A stretch of DNA of 64,000 nt from Myxococcales bacterium (lineage in GTDB: Bacteria > Myxococcota_A > Polyangia > Polyangiales > Polyangiaceae): contig JAYTOU010000051.1 of assembly GCA_043747615.1 (NCBI GenBank), positions 1-64,000 on the forward strand. Direction: 5' to 3'. Below are positions 62,603-64,000 of this stretch, in pieces (position 1 is the stretch's first letter; each line of letters begins with the position of its first letter). The translations under genes and the position numbers were made by a program. The notes under the pieces are model-generated. The model saw only the letters and a list, made by a program, of their open reading frames with translations, was not told the origin of the DNA and searched no databases.

Positions 62603-62703
62603 GTCAACCTCCGGGACTTGGGCTTTCCGAACGAAGGCCGACTCTTAGGAATGTCCTGTCGATCGCCAAGCGCGTCTTTTTTCTTCAACGCGAGAGACGA
62701 TTT

Positions 62704-63879
62704 TCACTTGGGCCGATCGGTATTCGTCGTGACCGGACCCTGCGACCACGTGAGATTGTCGACCAACACGAGCGAGTCCAGCTTCGAGTCGCCCGTGTCC
62801 CAAACCATGAGCTCGAGCGTGATTGTCTCGCCGCCCTTTACCGGAGCGTGGGACGTCAACCAGCCCGTTGCACCGCCCGACGAGTTTTGCTGCAGGTCGC
62901 CGCAGCCGTCGCCGGTGAGCGCCGCGAAGCCCGTGCCTCCCAGCTCGGCGGTGCCGCCGGGGCATGCCGCCGTGGATGGCGAGCCGAGGAATCCTGCGCA
63001 GCCGGTCTTCGTGTTGGGCGTGCACCGATCGAAGAAGCCATTGTTGACGCTGACTGCGTTGTTCTTCGAATCGAAGGAGATGTTGTCCGGCTTCCCACCG
63101 TTGAACGCCGACGAGGTCAGGTAGGCGATAAATCCGTCGTTGAAGGTGGTGCAGACGAACTCGGGCCATTCGCCCGAATGAAAGTTGAAATCGATCTGAA
63201 ACCCCTGCGCGTTTGCGGGCACTTTGATCTGGAGCTTGAGGCTGATGACGTCGTGCACGTCCGGAAGGAGCATCGCGCATCCCGCCGCCGACTTCGGAAA
63301 ACCGGGCGGAACGGCACCGGAGCCCGTCATCGTTTTCCAGTTGTCTTTGAATAGTGCGGTCGACCCAGAAGCCTCGTCGAACTCGCGTGCCCATCCGCTG
63401 CTGAGGACCCCGAGCGACGCGCCCTCGCGTGGTTTTACCACCGATCCGTATTTCGCTAGAATCCCGTGCTGACCCGCGGCCGGTGCCGCCGTCATGCCGT
63501 AGCCTTGCGTGTACGCCGCCGAGATGACTCCCCAGTGGGTGGCGTCGCCCTTCTGGCAGAGCCCGAGGGCGTTGACGAACGCGTTCGCGTCGCCGGTGAC
63601 CGCGAGGCCAGTGTCGCATGTGGGTACGTTGTCGACCTTGCCGTCGGCGTTGTCGTCGCAGCCGTTTCCGGGGACCTCGTAGTTTGCCGGATTCGGTGCG
63701 CATGGCATGGAGCCAGGGCCACCCTCGGCAAAAATGCCGCCGCTGCCTCCGTCGGGGTCTCCGTTCGTCGTGCCGTCGCCGAAGCCGCTCCCCTTCGTGC
63801 TGCCGCATGCATATCCGGCAGAGACGACGACCAATGAGCAGAGCAGAAGACCGGGAGAGCGCATGGCGTGGTTACTCAC
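62704..63879 (-). CDS. Choice-of-anchor L-like lipoprotein
   Basis: GYAC lipobox, NGCDDNADG, VPANAQGF.IDFNF.SGEWPEFVCTTFND, GGATGWL, WDTGD..LDS. Confidence 0.8.
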   Translation of the reverse strand: MSNHAMRSPGLLLCSLVVVSAGYACGSTKGSGFGDGTTNGDPDGGSGGIFAEGGPGSMPCAPNPANYEVPGNGCDDNADGKVDNVPTCDTGLAVTGDANAFVNALGLCQKGDATHWGVISAAYTQGYGMTAAPAAGQHGILAKYGSVVKPREGASLGVLSSGWAREFDEASGSTALFKDNWKTMTGSGAVPPGFPKSAAGCAMLLPDVHDVISLKLQIKVPANAQGFQIDFNFHSGEWPEFVCTTFNDGFIAYLTSSAFNGGKPDNISFDSKNNAVSVNNGFFDRCTPNTKTGCAGFLGSPSTAACPGGTAELGGTGFAALTGDGCGDLQQNSSGGATGWLTSHAPVKGGETITLELMVWDTGDSKLDSLVLVDNLTWSQGPVTTNTDRPK

Positions 63880-64000
63880 TTGACCGGGGGAGCTTTCACC
63901 GGCGCGCTGGTGGTGACGCCCGCACCCTTGAAGCTGGTGTTTGCGTAGTTGGTGACCAGGCAGGCCGATCCGTCGTCGTTGTGGATCTCGACGAGGTCTC
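63876..64000 (-). CDS. C-terminus of an upstream secreted protein (partial)
   Basis: DLVEIHNDDGSACLVTNYANTSFKGAGVTTSAPVKAPPVK*; stop overlaps the next gene's GTG. Confidence 0.6.
   Translation of the reverse strand, partial: DLVEIHNDDGSACLVTNYANTSFKGAGVTTSAPVKAPPVK

Overview
High-GC window that looks myxobacterial (Polyangiales/Sorangiineae-like). This is inferred from several Hanks-type Ser/Thr kinases, an FHA-sigma54 activator, AgmX/PglI-like and choice-of-anchor-like domains, and many lipoproteins with DAG/DGG-rich linkers. Recognisable content: a five-gene type III PKS operon, corA, an LLM oxidoreductase, pit plus DUF47, an lpxC-like gene, an osmC-oxyR-katG peroxide island with a clear OxyR box, RND-MFP-TetR, an MFS transporter and many secreted or lipoprotein genes. 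I saw no rRNA, tRNA, CRISPR array, transposase, integrase or reverse transcriptase. Most notable: (1) a pseudokinase-STAND NTPase-TM-AgmX/TonB-like protein in which both catalytic Asp residues are Asn; (2) a compact kinase / FHA-enhancer-binding protein / sigma54-promoter module driving an unknown Cys-rich lipoprotein, with visible palindromic enhancer sites; (3) a sigma54-driven secreted protein of 21 DxxD(L/I)xx heptads paired with an outer-membrane barrel; (4) a PPP phosphatase-PilZ fusion facing a kinase; (5) a type III PKS operon extended by an acyltransferase and a hydrolase; (6) about ten internally deleted gene remnants. All family calls come from motif recognition by eye; no database searches were run.
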